Shown one piece after another: positions 28,841-45,312 of a stretch of DNA of 64,000 bases. Location: NCBI RefSeq assembly GCF_009914755.1, contig NC_060928.1. One strand, 5' to 3'. The DNA is from the human T2T-CHM13v2.0 reference genome, Homo sapiens. A program made the position numbers and the translations under genes. The notes below the pieces were generated by a model. The model searched no databases. It worked only from the letters and a program-made list of their open reading frames with translations, and was not told the origin of the DNA. Positions within the stretch are counted from its first letter, which is position 1. Each line of letters opens with the position of its first letter.

Positions 28841-29548
28841 AAGTTCTATGAAATTTTATCACACTTATAGATACATGTCACTATTAATTTGGATGAACAT
28901 ACAGAACTATTCCATCACCACTAAGCTATTTCCTCATCACCTTTTTTATGGTCAGATTCTCCTCCCAACCCTAATTCCTGTGTTCTCTGATCTTCTATCA
29001 CTATGATGTTGTCACTTTTTAAGAATATTATACCAGTGGGAGCATACAGTATGAAACCCTCTGAAATGAGTGTTTTTTGCTTAACATAAAGCTTTTACAA
29101 TCCATCCCAGCAGTTGTATCAGTAGTCCGTTCTTTTTTATTGCTAAGTAGTGTTCCATTGAATCAATAGATACCATTCAATGGAATGGTATCCATTGTGG
29201 ATACAACAGTTTATTTATTCATTCACTCATTAAGAACATTTGCACAGTTTTCAGTGTTACAAATAAAATTACTGTGAACATTTGTGTACAGGTTTTGTAC
29301 ATATATGTGTTTTTATTTCTCTAGTCTAAATACTTAGGACTGTGCTTGCTGGGTCATATGGGGAATGTGTTTAACCATATAAGAAACTGCCTTATGTTTC
29401 CACCATGAGTATACTATTTTTTCTTCCCATTTGCAATGTACGAGAGACCCAGGTGCTTCACATCTTCACCAGTACTTTTTTTAAAATTTTTTTATTTTTT
29501 TATTTTTTATTTTTATTTTATTTTATTTTATCTTTTATTTTATTTTTT

Positions 29549-30137
<589 letters not shown>

Positions 30138-30138
30138 C

Positions 30139-30432
30139 TAATTTTTAAGACAGGGTTTCACTCTGTCACTAAGACTGGAGCGCACTAGTGTGACCATGGT
30201 TCACTACAGCCTCGATCTCCCAGGCTCAAGCGATCCTCCCCCCTCAGCCTCCTAAGTAGCTGAGACTACAGGCATGCACCACCACACTCGGCTAATTTTT
30301 AAAAATTTTGTAGAAATGAGGACCCACTATGTGCTCAGGCTGGTCTGGAACTCTTGGGCTCAAGTGATCCTCCCACCTCAGCCTCCCAGTGTGCTGTGCT
30401 GGCATTCCAGGTGTGAGCAAATGTGCCTGGCC
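30139..30432 (-). mobile_element. AluJ (Jo-like)
   Basis: caggctcaagcgatcctccc, cactatgtgctcagg, ctcttgggctcaagtgatcc; TSD accagtacttttt (29468-29480) / accaatacttttt (30433-30445) brackets all three Alus. Confidence 0.93.
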
Positions 30433-31609
30433 ACCAATACTTTTTATTGTCAGTATTTTTTATTTTGGCCAGGCTAATAGGCATGTAGTAGTAATTCATT
30501 TTAGCTTGTATTTGAATTTCTCTAAGAGTTAATGATGTTGAACATCTCTTTATGTACTTATCCTATGTTTTTGGTTAAATGTCCCTTCAAGTTTTGTCCA
30601 TAGATTGGGTAGTCATTAGATTGTATGTTGTCTTACTGTTGAGTTCAAAGGGTTCTTTTATATTCTGCATACAAGTCTTCTGTAAATATATGATTTGCAA
30701 CTATTTTCTTCTAGTCTCTGATTTTTTTAAATCCTCTTAACAAAAGTTTTAAATTTTGACAAAGTCTAACTTGTTGATATTTTTCTTTTACAGATTATGC
30801 TTTTTGGTGTCAAGTCTAAGAACTCTTTGCCTGGCCCTTGGTCAATAAAGATTTTCTCATAAATAATTTTTAAGCATGCGAAGTGTCCTGAGACCAAAAA
30901 GGTTGAGAACTGCAGGCCTAGGTGCATGTACAGTGTTTTCAGAGTATAGAAAAAGAATCTTTTATTGGCACTTGTTTGTAAAGAAGACAGAGAAGGTGGT
31001 AGGAAGAAGATACAGAACCAGACTCTACAGAGAAGGTGAATGCCCAGTCAGAATGTGGGGTCATGGGGGCAGGAGCTGGGTCTTAGGTCTGTATTTTTCC
31101 TTCTTCCTTTCTTGCTTTCTTTTTTTACATCCTTAGCACCTGGTATTGAGACTGGCACATAGAAGGATGGGACAACGGCATCTCATAGAATACAAGCAAT
31201 GAAGCAAAGCTGAGCGGCTGTGGAAATTCACAGCATGTTTGGAAACAGCAAGCCTTCCAGTGTGGTTGAGACATAGGCACATGCAGAGACTGGGGAGTAG
31301 AGGTGAGAGATGAAGGAGGAGAGGTGGGGAAGGGGTAGGCTGTGAACAGGCCTCATGTGCCCTGCTGAAGGGTGTTTCTGTATCCTTCTTGTACTGCTTT
31401 TCCATTCTAGACTATAGCTTATTGCAATAAGTTAATTACAAAACTCTTTGTCAGATAACAAAAACTTTCCAACACTAGCTACAGAGGCAAGATCTCCTGC
31501 ATTTTATTGAGGTGAAAAAGGAATAGGAAGTGGGGCAAGGAATAAGCTTATTTTTTTCCTTCCTATGTGCTAGGCATTATAATACGTACTTCATAGCTCC
31601 CCCTGAGGA

Positions 31610-31960
31610 TCAGAGACTGGTTAGTTTTTCATCAAAACCCTGTTGCTTTTGGGAGCATACAGGTAGGCTCCATTGCCAGCCTCCCTTGCAAGTAGGTATG
31701 GTCAGTGGAATCCGAGCAAAAGTGAAATCAGGTCTTGCACACAGAAATTGTCAACACAATCTGCCATGCTCATTCTCTTTCCTCAGATTGTCACAAGATG
31801 GGTGCAAAGGTGAGCCTGAGCCTCCGCATTGGAGGAGAGTTGCCCATATCAGGAGCCCCTGTTTGGGAATTTATATGAGCAAGATATAAACCTCTACTAG
31901 GGAAAGCCATTCACGTTAGAAATTTTGTTATAGCAGCAAACATGACTTTAAGTAACACAT
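31610..31960 (+). mobile_element. MLT1 (I/J-type) solo LTR
   Basis: ccagcctcccttgcaagtagg...ggaggagagttgccc...atatgagcaagatataaacctct...aagccatt...ttgttatagcagca. Confidence 0.65.
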
Positions 31961-32639
31961 GCCTCGAGGAGTGTGGTCACTTTTCTGTGCCTCTTCTGCT
32001 TCTCACACTCACTAGGGCTTTCTACTCAGCTCTTTGGCCTTAGAGGGGAACAAACATCTTTCAGGTTGGCTCTTAAGGCCCCATCCTCTGATTCTATCCA
32101 AAATGAGAGGACAAGAGCTTCCTGAACTGCCTGGCAGGTGCCTTCTGGGAGTCCAACTGACTTTAACATCTCAAATTTTCTTCCTATGCTTCCTAATCAG
32201 GGTCAATAGCTGGGAGTGGGAGGAATGCCTCAACTCCTTAGAAAAGCACGTAGGCCCTTTGTAATCTGATCCTTCCCCGCCGTTCCCCCTTCACTTCTTG
32301 CCTAACCTCCTTGCACAGCCTGGACTTCCTCCTCTGAATTCTCACCACACTCTGTTCATACCTCGACTCGGATCTTTTCCTGCACTGCGCAGCTCTTTTG
32401 TGTTCTGTGTCTTTGAGGAAGCTGAGCTCCTTGAGGAAGAAGACCTTATTCTACTAACACTGCAGAATCCATGACTACACCTGGAACATCTGTGACTGTC
32501 AGACATTTTGAAAGTCACTGAAATATAAGAAACCCATAGACAGAGCATTGCCCCTGCCTGTCCTTTATCTCTCTGATATCAGCTCTTAGAGCTCCTTGGC
32601 TCCCTCCTTCCCCTTCTGCCACACTCATTTCCTGTTCCC

Positions 32640-33280
<641 letters not shown>

Positions 33281-33309
33281 CTAAGACCAAATCACACTTA
33301 TTTTTTTTA

Positions 33310-33760
33310 CTTAACTATTTAGCATTTACTGAGCATCCGTTATGTACCTGTTCTTGTGATACACTCTGAGAATAAGAATACGAAATATAATGCCTACTCT
33401 CAAGGAGTTTCTGTTCGGGGAGAGATAAAAGTAACAGTGACATGGTGTCCTGCATTCAGAGATGACGTGTAAATATTTTCAGTGCTGTTTGATGAGTGTT
33501 ATAGTTACAAGGCCAGATCCATTTAAAACTTCTTTTGCATTAGTACCATATCTATTGTAATTTTTGTTTTAGTAAATATGGTCCTAGGGTGAAGATTGTG
33601 AAACCAAAATACACTGAGGTCATAAAGGAGAGAGCAGCCTCGCCTGTATGGATCAGAAGATAGTGAACAATCAAAAGAAGAGGTGATAGTCAGGATGGGT
33701 TTTGAAGGATGAGTTGAAGTTCACAGAAAGAGGAGAGGAGAGGATTTCAGTAAAAGTAAC
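33310..33760 (-). mobile_element. L2 fragments
   Basis: gcatttactgagcatccgttatgtacc...tgcctactctcaaggagtt...gggttttgaaggatgagttgaagtt. Confidence 0.55.
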
Positions 33761-35439
33761 ACCATGCTGTGAGACATAAAGCCAAGGAATAGCCATAAAA
33801 ATGAAATGATAACCTGGATCTAAACAGCAATTCATGCCATTGTTACAGGGCACTGAATGGCTAATTAGTGACCAAATAAATGCTACGTGGAAGAACAGGA
33901 AGGGACGTGGAAAAGGGAAGGATTGCTTTAAGCTCAGAGAAAGCTTCACGGAGAAGGTCAGGTTTGAAGCAAAGACAGAAATAGTTACAAAGGCTGAAGA
34001 TGTTTGAGGCTTTTCTTTTTAATCCATTGGGATAGAATTCTTTAAACTTGAGTATTAAGAAACTCGTCTTGGAGATAATTTCTTAGCCTGGGAAATGGGC
34101 TTCCTCTTCTTCTTGGAGAAATAGAAGACAGCTAAAGTATTTTTCTGTATATGCATTGCATCATCTGTATAAAAGCCCTTAGGACAAAGACTTGACAATT
34201 TCTTATGGCCTCAGTATCCCTGAGAAGGTGTTTCAGACTAATGCTTCCTGTTATGCTGAAAGAGGGTATAGAGAGCAGTCCCTTCGGTTGAATTCATCAC
34301 AGACCACATCAGGCCAGGTATAGATCAAGGCTAACTGTCTCCTGCTCCTTCTCGTCATAACATGGAGAGAGGAAAAAGATTGAAATTCAAATAAAGCATG
34401 ATTAGAAAAATCTGTATTTCATATAAGCACATAGGTAAATGCCACTTTTTATTTTTTGGTTCTTTTTGGCAGCAGAAACTAAAAGAACAAAGAATACTAA
34501 TGTATATTTGAACAGAATTAATTTTAAAGTAGATTTGAAAAACCAAATTCTTACCACCCCTTTAGTTTTCTCTTAGCGGTGTTCGGGGCTCCCGGGGGGT
34601 AGGTACAGTAAGCACCCTAAAATACTTTAAAACTCAACAAACCAGTCACAGCATTAGGTTCCATGTCAAAAATATTTCATGGGCAGAACATTTTCACTGG
34701 AAAATACATAGGAGAATGGGTGAGGGAAAGAAATGATTTTAAAAATAAAAATATTTTATTGTATTTTTTCTAATTAAGATGTTTTAAAGAAAGACCAGAG
34801 CTGAGGTTTGTCATTTGGCAGTCAGCAGACGTTGGCACTTGCCTCATTTCAGGTTAAAGCCCAGACTGCCTCCTAACTCCTTGTTCTTTATGGTCAGAAA
34901 ATGTGATTTTAGACAGTAAATTATGTGTCTGCTTATTTATTGAAGCTTTCTAATCGGCTTCTCTTTCTGTCTTTCCTGGTGTGCCCAAGAAGGAGCTATC
35001 TACTGAAAAGTTGGCCAACATGATTTTGTTTCAGTAGGGATATATTACGCCCCTAGGATATATGAGCCACCGTAGTGGACGCTGCAGTTGCACACACATA
35101 AGATATTCTCATTTTTGCCTAAAGGGTGCCATAATTGCAGGGTGAGATAGGAGTGTGAAATGTTGTGGAAATGAGATGAAGGGCACTGGGCCTAACCTGG
35201 GGGTACCAGGGAAGATGTCCTGGATGTGGGGCAGCCTGAACTGAGACAAGAGAGCCAGAAAAATCACCAGGGGCCTGACAGGGGCACTTCCAGAGAGAAG
35301 GAAGTTCCATTTTCAGAAAGCAAGGGACAACGTGGTGACTCTAGGCAGCCACAGATAGGTTCCAAAGCCCAGAGCAAAGAGCACCCTGGGGAGGCAGGAG
35401 ACAGCATCATGGGGAACTGGAGGCCAGCGTACAGGCCTC

Positions 35440-36200
35440 AGCGCACGATGACCAGGAGGGTTCTGGCAAGAACAGGCTGAAGGGACCACTCACAGAGCAG
35501 AGTCCCAGGAACTAACAAGGGATGTCAAGGCATCCAAGCACCAGGTGAAGCTTGTACTACCTCTGGGCCTGGGGGAGCAAGGGAAGGATAGTGAGCCCTG
35601 GAGCTGTGGGGAAGTCACCCACTGGGAGATGTTGTTGAGAAAAGACACAGCCATGGCTGGGATCCTGGCGCTGCAGCAGGGATGGGAAGGGAAGCCATCT
35701 GTTATTCGTCCATTTTCACACTGCTATAAAGAACAACCTAAGACTGGGTCATTTATAAAGGAAGGAGATTTAACTGACACAGCTTCGCATGGCTGGGGAA
35801 GCCTTAGGAAACTTACAATCATGGTGGAAGGCGAAGGAGAAGCAAGCACCTTCTTCTCAGTGCATCGGGGGGAGGTGGGTTAGTGTCACACCCTTTTAAA
35901 CCATCAGATCTCATGAGAACTCACTATCACAAGAACAGCATGGGAGAAACTACCCTTATGATCCAATCACCTTCCACCAGATCCCTCCCCTGACACATGG
36001 AGATTACAATTTGAAATGAGATTTGGGTGGGGACAGAGAGCCAAACTATATCACCCTACCTTCCACTCTCTCTCCTCCTGCCCTCAGTCTCTTCCCAGCA
36101 CCTCTCGCCATCCAAAGCCAACCAGGAGCCTGGGGGCAAAAGAGCCTTTGGGAGGTGGGGGTCAGCCCCAAGCACCAGGCTTCCCCCTTACAGGTTCTGC
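35440..36200 (-). mobile_element. Ancient ERVL LTR (LTR33-like) split by THE1
   Basis: gggttctggcaagaacag...gggaccactcacagag...[THE1]...ctctcctcctgccctcagtct...ccaaccaggagcctgggggcaaaagagcc; resembles 58920-59415. Confidence 0.45.
35700..36053 (-). mobile_element. THE1D/MSTA-like MaLR solo LTR
   Basis: tgttattcgtccattttcacactgctataaagaa...aaccatcagatctcatgagaactcac...gagccaaactatatca. Confidence 0.9.
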
Positions 36201-36813
36201 ATCCAAACTGCAGCCAGCATCAGTGTGGACCCCCCACAGGTACAAGGAACCTTAGTGAAACATTTTAAAAGGACACAAATACCAAGTGACACATGGTGTT
36301 TAGGTAACTATAACAAACATGAGTAAATTTCTCTATGTAACTTTACGTAACTTTTCTATATTTTGTTAAAAGCATACACCCAAAATATCATCCTAGTGTT
36401 TCAGGCCTAGATCTATTATTCCTATAAACCCCTGAATATTGGATCCTGTTACTGGTTTATGGGAATATAGCTGAGCTTTTCTTAGTGGTTTATATGTTTA
36501 GGTGAAGGAAGTTAAGGGGACAATGTTGGTGGAAGAATAGAAAATGAAGAAGGGAAGCATTTGCTGAACACTTACTAGGAGCCTATATATGGACTTAATC
36601 CTCCCAACCACCACCCAATTTTTTTTCACACAATGTACGTAGGGTTCCATCAGAAACTCATTAAGTAACTCATGGAGCCAGGATTCAAGCCTGCCTCGCT
36701 AACACCAAAGCCCATATTCTTTTCACAAAACCATGATGTCTTTGTGCTAACATTTCATGTTGGTCTTACAAGCCAAAGGCACCAAAATGGGCAAAAATAT
36801 CTTTTCTTTTTAA

Positions 36814-37116
<303 letters not shown>

Positions 37117-37305
37117 TTCTTTTTAATTTTTTTATTTCCATAGGTTTTGGGGGAACAGATTGTATTTGGTTACGTGAGTAAGCTCTTTAGTGGTGATTTG
37201 TATACCCTGAGCAGTATACCCTGAACGCAATTTGTAGTCTTTTATCCTTCATCCCCTTCCCACCTTTTTCCTCTGAGTACCCAAATTTCACTGTGTCATT
37301 CTTAT
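37117..37305 (-). mobile_element. L1PB-type 3' end, short
   Basis: atttccataggttttgggggaacag...ggttacgtgagtaagctctttagtggtgatt...tgtagtcttttatcc. Confidence 0.85.
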
Positions 37306-38999
37306 GTTTTTCTTTTGTTTTTTCAATTTTTTTTTTTTTTTGCCATTGGTCCCTAAACTTCATGTATTACAGGTAACATCTCATTCATCCTCAATCCCTG
37401 ATGCTTTCTTTAGAAAACGAATGCTAGGTCATAAACATATTTTTAAACAGTCTTTCAATAACTGTTAAATGATTGCCACTTGGGGTGGGGGGACATCTTT
37501 CTACAGGGACCATCTGTGTGAAGAACTCCTATAACAAGACAACAAAAGCCTGCTTTTATAGGCTTCTATTTTATTATGAAGAGTTATTTCTTCTCAGGGA
37601 TTATACCCATAAAACATGATCTAAAAAGAATACAAAAAGGAGGTATATGAGTTCTATTTTACCTGTTCTGGTTCAAGGGCTATATGAGTTTCCCACTTCT
37701 GGAAAAGATAACATTTTCTAGAAGTGTAAAACTCATATAGCCCTTGATTCATGCTTTTCTGTGGAATCCAATTTGTCCTCACATGTGTCACCTGAAAAAT
37801 CATCCGCATAACTATTATGGGGGAGAGGAATAATCCTTGTGACTTGACAATTCACACATGCTGAGGGAACTCAGTTTCAAACAGCCAACTTCACGTTAAA
37901 CAAGTCAGATGGGAAAGACCAGATGTTTCCACAGGCTTTCTCTATTTATTCATTCATTAAAGTTGGTACTTTAAAACCATCTGAACTTCCAGGTACTCCA
38001 TGAAGCATGTTTTATTATGCAGACTCCTATTAAACTTCAAAACAGACCTAAGTCAAGGCCTTGGTCCAATGTTTAATACACATGATAGTACACTTAACAA
38101 ATCTGAGCCCTTCATACCACTACTGTTCTTAAGCCATTTCTAACAGTCTTGAGTGTCTTCCACTTAACTGGACTCTTAATTTCAAGTCTCTGCATGCTTC
38201 ATACATTTCTTCTCCCAGCTGGTACACTCGTTCATTCAGTCACCAAACACTCACTCGGTACCTCACAGTCTGTTCCTTCTCTACACTCATCTCATGCAAT
38301 TCTCATATCAAACTCCAGCCATCCTAAACCACTGTGGTCCCCAAGAGGTCAGTGGCACTAAGTAAAAACTTTCAGTCTTTAAACCATGCATCAAAATACA
38401 GTTTTTGTAGCCTTTGGTTGGATGAATGGAAATAATCACTTTGATGAAGTTGACATGGAATTAATGGTGCACGCTGGCATGGCTAGGTCTAATGAGGGAA
38501 CCATAAAATGCTGTTTAGTTAGTGCCCCATCAAGTGTATGAGCTCCTACAAAGTTCTAAGGTAACTTTCAGGGCCTTGTAAATGCTGGTCCCTCAGGTTG
38601 TGATGCCTTCACCTAAACTCTTGCTCCTGGGGAACTCAAAGTCAAGTTCAGCTAGGACCCAGCTACCTCCAGAAAGTATTTTTCTTTTTCTTTTCTTTTT
38701 TTTTTAATTTGGAAAAATTTGAACATATACAAAAGTAGAAAGAATAGTAATGAATCCCCATGTCTTACCCATCTACCAGATTCAACAATATCATCTCATG
38801 TTCAATGTTGTTTTCTCTATGGACGTGAGGATGAGAAGCAGATGGAGACTACAGCAAGCAAGGAGATCAGACCTTATGCAAAAGACAATGGAGAGACCTT
38901 GACAGGTTTTAAACAGGGAAATGGCATGGCCAAATCTGCTTTTTAGCACAAAACCTTCTGATCTTAGAGTGAAAGATAAGTTAAAAAGATGCAAGACTA

Positions 39000-39286
39000 G
39001 GCTGGGTGCAATGGTTCACATCCATAATCCTAGCATTTTGGGAGGCTGAAGTGGGAGGATTACTTGAGCCCAGGAGTTCAAGACCAGCCTTGGCAACATA
39101 ATGAGACCTCATCTCTATAAATAATAAGAATAAAAAATTAGCCAGATGTGGTGGCACATGCCTGTGGTTCCAGTTACTTGAGAGGCTGAGGTGGGAGGAT
39201 CACTTGAGCCTGGGTGGTCGAGGCTTCAGTAAGCCGTGATCACATCACTGCACTCTGCAACAAAGCAAGACCTCATTTCAACAAAA
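39000..39286 (+). mobile_element. AluJ
   Basis: gggaggattacttgagcccaggagttcaagacc; gggaggatcacttgagcctggg; gcaagacta on both flanks. Confidence 0.93.
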
Positions 39287-40044
39287 GAGGGTGGAAGCAA
39301 GACTAAACTCAAGGATACAAGGGAGGAAGGTATTACTGGAAAGTAGATGGAAACTTAAAATGTATAAATTGATGGGATAGGCTATGGTAGTGCTATGGAA
39401 GGCCTGCTTTAACACCCGCAGAATATGGGGAGGAAAAGTTCTGACCCTGAGGGTCTAAGAAGGCTTCTTGCAGAATAGTAAGGTTTGAATTCATTCTTGA
39501 AGCAAAGTTAAGACAAGCAGCTCTAACCATTTTCCAGTGAAAAGAGAGTTTACCCAGCAAAGAACGTTGTTTATGGTGCATTGATAATTAAACCTGACCC
39601 TCCATTCGCCATGCTCCACCGATCTTCACTTGGAAGAATCCAGCATATGTGTGTTGTTATTTTAATGAACAGCATTTCCACCTCACCCACCCAACCATAC
39701 AAATCCCAGCAAGTCGATATGGTCCTTTAAGAGTCGTTATCGTGGGAGTTCACACTTCCAACATAAAACCTCAAATGAATGTTTCTTGCAACCACTTTGC
39801 TTTCTCATTGAGGCTGTTCAAATGTCAGTGGTTTTAGCACTGAGCTTAACCTTTACGCATTTTCACCAGAGTTTCAGAAACACAGCCTGTGCTGGATTTC
39901 CCGTCCGGTGGTGAGTGGGAATGTTTTAGACACATAGCTACAAGCCAAGAATTCTGGCAGTGCCATCAAACTGCCTTTGAGATATCATACAAGTTTGAAT
40001 GCTTGCAATGATGCTCAATCACAACTAAATGCCAAGCGCATATA

Positions 40045-40300
40045 GTCATTCATTTCTTCACTCATTCATCAAAATACTTACCAAGGGCATACTATGGGGC
40101 AAGCACTCTCAGAGGCAATGGGGTAATAAGATTGAACAAAATGAAATGCCTGTCTTCATGAAGCTTATATTCTAGTGGAAAAGACAGACCACTAAAAAAA
40201 ACAATGGATCAAGTGGTGATAAGAGCTATTTAGAACAATGAATCATGAGAAGAAGGGTGGAGAACACTGGAATGAATGGAAGCCATATTGCAGTGGATTC
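40045..40300 (-). mobile_element. L2a 3' end
   Basis: tcattcatttcttcactcattcatcaaaatactta...actatggggcaagcact...cttcatgaagcttatattctagtgg. Confidence 0.7.
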
Positions 40301-40401
40301 TAATGAATGGGGAGATCATATTTTATGTGAGTGATCAGAAAATAGTTATCTGCTTACTTCAGAAATACTGGAGGATAATTGACCTAAATCTTAACAATAC
40401 A

Positions 40402-41034
40402 CAGTTGCTATTCATTATTTGTGGATTCCATATTTGTGAATTTGTCTACTTGCTGAAATGTATTTGTAACCCCCTGATCAATACTCATGGCTCTTTCACA
40501 GTTATTTCAGGACATGTGCAGTGCAGTGAAAAATTTGAGTCACCTGGTGTGCACTTTGCCAGCTGAGGTCCAATGAGGCGATGCTCTGTCTTCTCGTTTC
40601 AACCCTCACATTGTAAACAAATGTCTTTTTCGCGGTCTATTTAGTAGCACGTTTTTTGAATCTTTGTGCTTTTTTGGTGATCTGCTATTTAAAATGGCCC
40701 CAAGCATGGTGCTGAATTGCTGCCTAGTGTTCCTAAGCTCCAAGGTCTGTAATGTACCTTACGGAGAAAATGCGTGTGTTAGATAAGCTTCCTTCACTTG
40801 CTGTTGGCTGAGTTCCACGTTAAAGAATCAACAACATGTATTAAAAAGGTATCTTTAAACAAAAGCACACATCAAACAGAGTTATGTCTTGATTGGTTGA
40901 CCAAAACGTCATGACCAAAGCCTCACAGGAAACTAACCCTGTATTTTCTCTAGGAGCAATGGTTCAGTATTCCCAGTTAAGTGTTAGCAGTGACTTTATA
41001 GAACAAAACTATGGCAAATAATGAGAATCAACTG
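40402..41034 (+). mobile_element. MER82 (TcMar-Tigger non-autonomous), complete
   Basis: TIRs cagttgctattcattatttg / caaataatgagaatcaactg followed by TA; internal aaaaatttgagtcacc..cagctgaggtc..ttttcgcggtctatttagt. Confidence 0.85.
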
Positions 41035-41126
41035 TATATCTCCCATTTCTTTTATTTCTTCTACTGCATACTAACAGGCACCCTAGTATTGTTAAAAAAA
41101 TAAATAAATAAATAAATAAATAAAAA

Positions 41127-41650
<524 letters not shown>

Positions 41651-42212
41651 TGAAATTGAAACCACTTTAAAAATATTATCTAAATTTTCTATGTTGGTTA
41701 TATGCTATGCATGGAAATTTTATAGTGGAAAATAATCACTTGAATCTATTTTTTTTAACCAAACCAATTTTTCAATTGAAAAAATATTGTGTACATATGC
41801 TAAAAACCCAAATGATACCAAAAGCCATGCATGAACAGTGAGCCTCTATCTTAACCCCAGAATGCCAGCTTTTTTAGTATAACTTTATTTTAACTACACT
41901 CTAACTAAAATTTAGATTTTCCTTCAATTTATTAAGGTAGCTAACGAATGTAGTAGTTTTACAGTTGTTGCAGAGATCTTGAAATGGTCCTTACATTCCT
42001 TTCATTAAGACTTTGAAATTATAGGCATATTTTGGAGATATTATGGGTTCAGTTCCAGACCATGACAATAAAGTGAACAACACAACTGAGTCACACAGAT
42101 TTTTCGTTTTCCCAGTGCAAATAAAAAGTTATTTTTATACTATACTATAGTCTATTAAGTGTGCATTGTGTCTAAACAATAATGTTGTACCTTAATTTAA
42201 AAATACTTTATT

Positions 42213-42506
42213 GGCTGGGCAAGGTAGCTTATGTCTGTAATCCTAGGATTTTGGGAGGCCAAGGTAGGAGGATCACTTGGGGCCAGTAGTTTGAGACCGG
42301 CCTGGGTAACATAGCAAGGACCCTTCTCTACAAAAAATAAAAAAATTAGCCACGCATGGTGGTGCGTGCCTGTAGTCCTAGTTGATTGGGAAGCTGAGGC
42401 AGGAGGCTCTTCTGAGCCCAGGAGTTTGAGGTGTCAATGAGCTGTGATCACACCACTGTACTCCAGCCTGGGTGATGAAGTGAGACCCCATCTCAAAAGA
42501 AAAAAA
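42213..42506 (+). mobile_element. AluJ inside Tigger1
   Basis: aggaggatcacttgg, gagcccaggagtttgagg; TSD tactttatt. Confidence 0.92.
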
Positions 42507-43161
42507 CTACTTTATTTCCAAAAAAATGCTATTACCTGAACTTTTCAAAGAGTCATCTTTTTGCTGGTAGAGGGTTTTGCCTCAATGTTGATGGCTGCTG
42601 ACTGTTCAGGGTGGGGTGGCTGCAGCAATTTCTTAAAATAAAACAACAATGAAGTTTACACCATCAATTGACTATTTCTTTTACAAAAGATGTCTCTGCA
42701 GCATGCAATGCTGTTTGACAGCATTTTACCCACAGTAGAACTTCTCTCAAAATTAGAGTTAATCCTCTCATACCCTGTTGCTGCTGTATCAACTAAATTT
42801 ATGTAATATTCTAAATCCTTTGTTGTCATTTCAACAATATTCACAGCATTTTCACCAGGAGTAGACGCTATCTCAATAAACCACTTTCTTTGCACGTTTG
42901 TAAGAAGCAACTCCTCATCTGTGAAAATTTTATCATGAGATTACAGCAGTCACATCTTCCAACTCCACTTCTCATTCTAATTATCTAGCTGTTTCCACTA
43001 CATCTGCAGTTACTTCCTCCACTGAAGTCTTGAATCCCTCAAAGTCATCCATAGGGCCTGGAACCAACTTCTTCCAAACTCCTGCTAATGTTGATATTTT
43101 GACTGCCTTCCATGAACTACAAATCTTCTTAATGGCATCTAGACTGGTGAATCCTTTGTAG

Positions 43162-43529
<368 letters not shown>

Positions 43530-44640
43530 AAAATGTATTTCTTAAATAATAAGACTTGAAAGTTGAAATTACTTCTTTATCCATGGCTATAGAATGGATG
43601 TTGTGTTAGCAGGCATGAAAACATTAATCTCCTTGCACATCTCTATCAGAGCTCTTGGGTGAGTAGGTATATTGTCAGTGAGCAGCAATATTTTGAAAGG
43701 AGCCTTTTTTTCCCTGAACAATAGGTCTTAACTGTGGGCTTAAAATATTCAGTTAACTATGCTATAAGCAGATGCGCTGTCATCCAGGATTTGTTCTTCC
43801 ACTTATAGAGCTCAGGGTAGATTTAGCATGATTTAAGGACCCTAGGATTTTAAGAGTGGTAGATGAGCCTTGGCTTCAACCTAAAGTCACCAGGTGCATT
43901 AGCCCCTGACAAGAGAGTCAACCTGTCCTTTGAAGCTCTGAAGCCAGGCATTGACTTCTCCTCTCTAGCTATGAAAGTCCTAGAGGCATCTTTGGCATCT
44001 TCTTCTAATACAAGGTTATTTTGTCTATGTGGCAAATCTGTTGTTTAGTGTAGACACCCTCATCAGTTGTCTTGGCTAGATCTTCTGGGTAACAGTGTAG
44101 CTTCTTCATCAGCATTTGCTGTGTGTCACCTTGTACTGCTTCACCTTCTTTCATAAACTAAAAGTAGATAGAAGTGGTTTCTTTTCTTAAACCTCATGAA
44201 CCCACCTCTGCTAGCTTCAGACTTTTCTTCTGCAGCTTTCTCACTTCTCTCAGCCTTCATAGATCTAAAGAGAGTTAGGGTCTTGCTTTGGACTAGGGTT
44301 TGGCTTAAGGGAATGTTAACAGCCGGTTTGATCTTTCATCTGGATCATTCAAGCTTTCTCCATATCAGCAATAAGGCTGTTTTGCTTTTTTTTTTTAATC
44401 ATTTGTGGGTTCACTGGAGTAGCACTTTTAATTTCCTTCATAAACTTTTCCTTTGCATTGACAACTTGGCCTAACAGTTTGGCACAAGAGGTTTTGTTTT
44501 CAGCCTGCCTGGACTTTCAACATGACCTTTCTCACTAAGCTTAATTATTTCTAGTTTTTTACTTAAGTGTGAGATGTGTGACTCTTCCTTTCACTTGAAT
44601 ACTTAGAGGCCATTGTACGGTTATTAATTGCCCTAATTTC

Positions 44641-44742
44641 AATATATAGATATATAGATTTATATATATATTTATATTTATATCTATGTTACATACATAT
44701 GTTACATATATATATGTGTGTGTGTATATATATATACATATA
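44641..44742. repeat. (TA)n/(TG)n low-complexity microsatellite inside Tigger1
   Basis: Read directly. Confidence 0.9.
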
Positions 44743-44987
44743 TCTCAGGGAATAGGGACCCATGAGGGGAGAGAGAAGAGGAGGGGGAGGGAGGTGGGGG
44801 AAGAGTCAGTGAGTAGAACAGTCAGAACACACACGACATTTATCAATTAAGTTCACCATCTTATATGAGTGAGATTTGTGGTGCCCCAAAACAATTATAA
44901 TAATGACATCAAAGATCACTGATCACAAATGAAAAATTTTGAAATACTGTAATAATTATCAAAATGTGACACAAAGACATAAAATGA

Positions 44988-45312
<325 letters not shown>

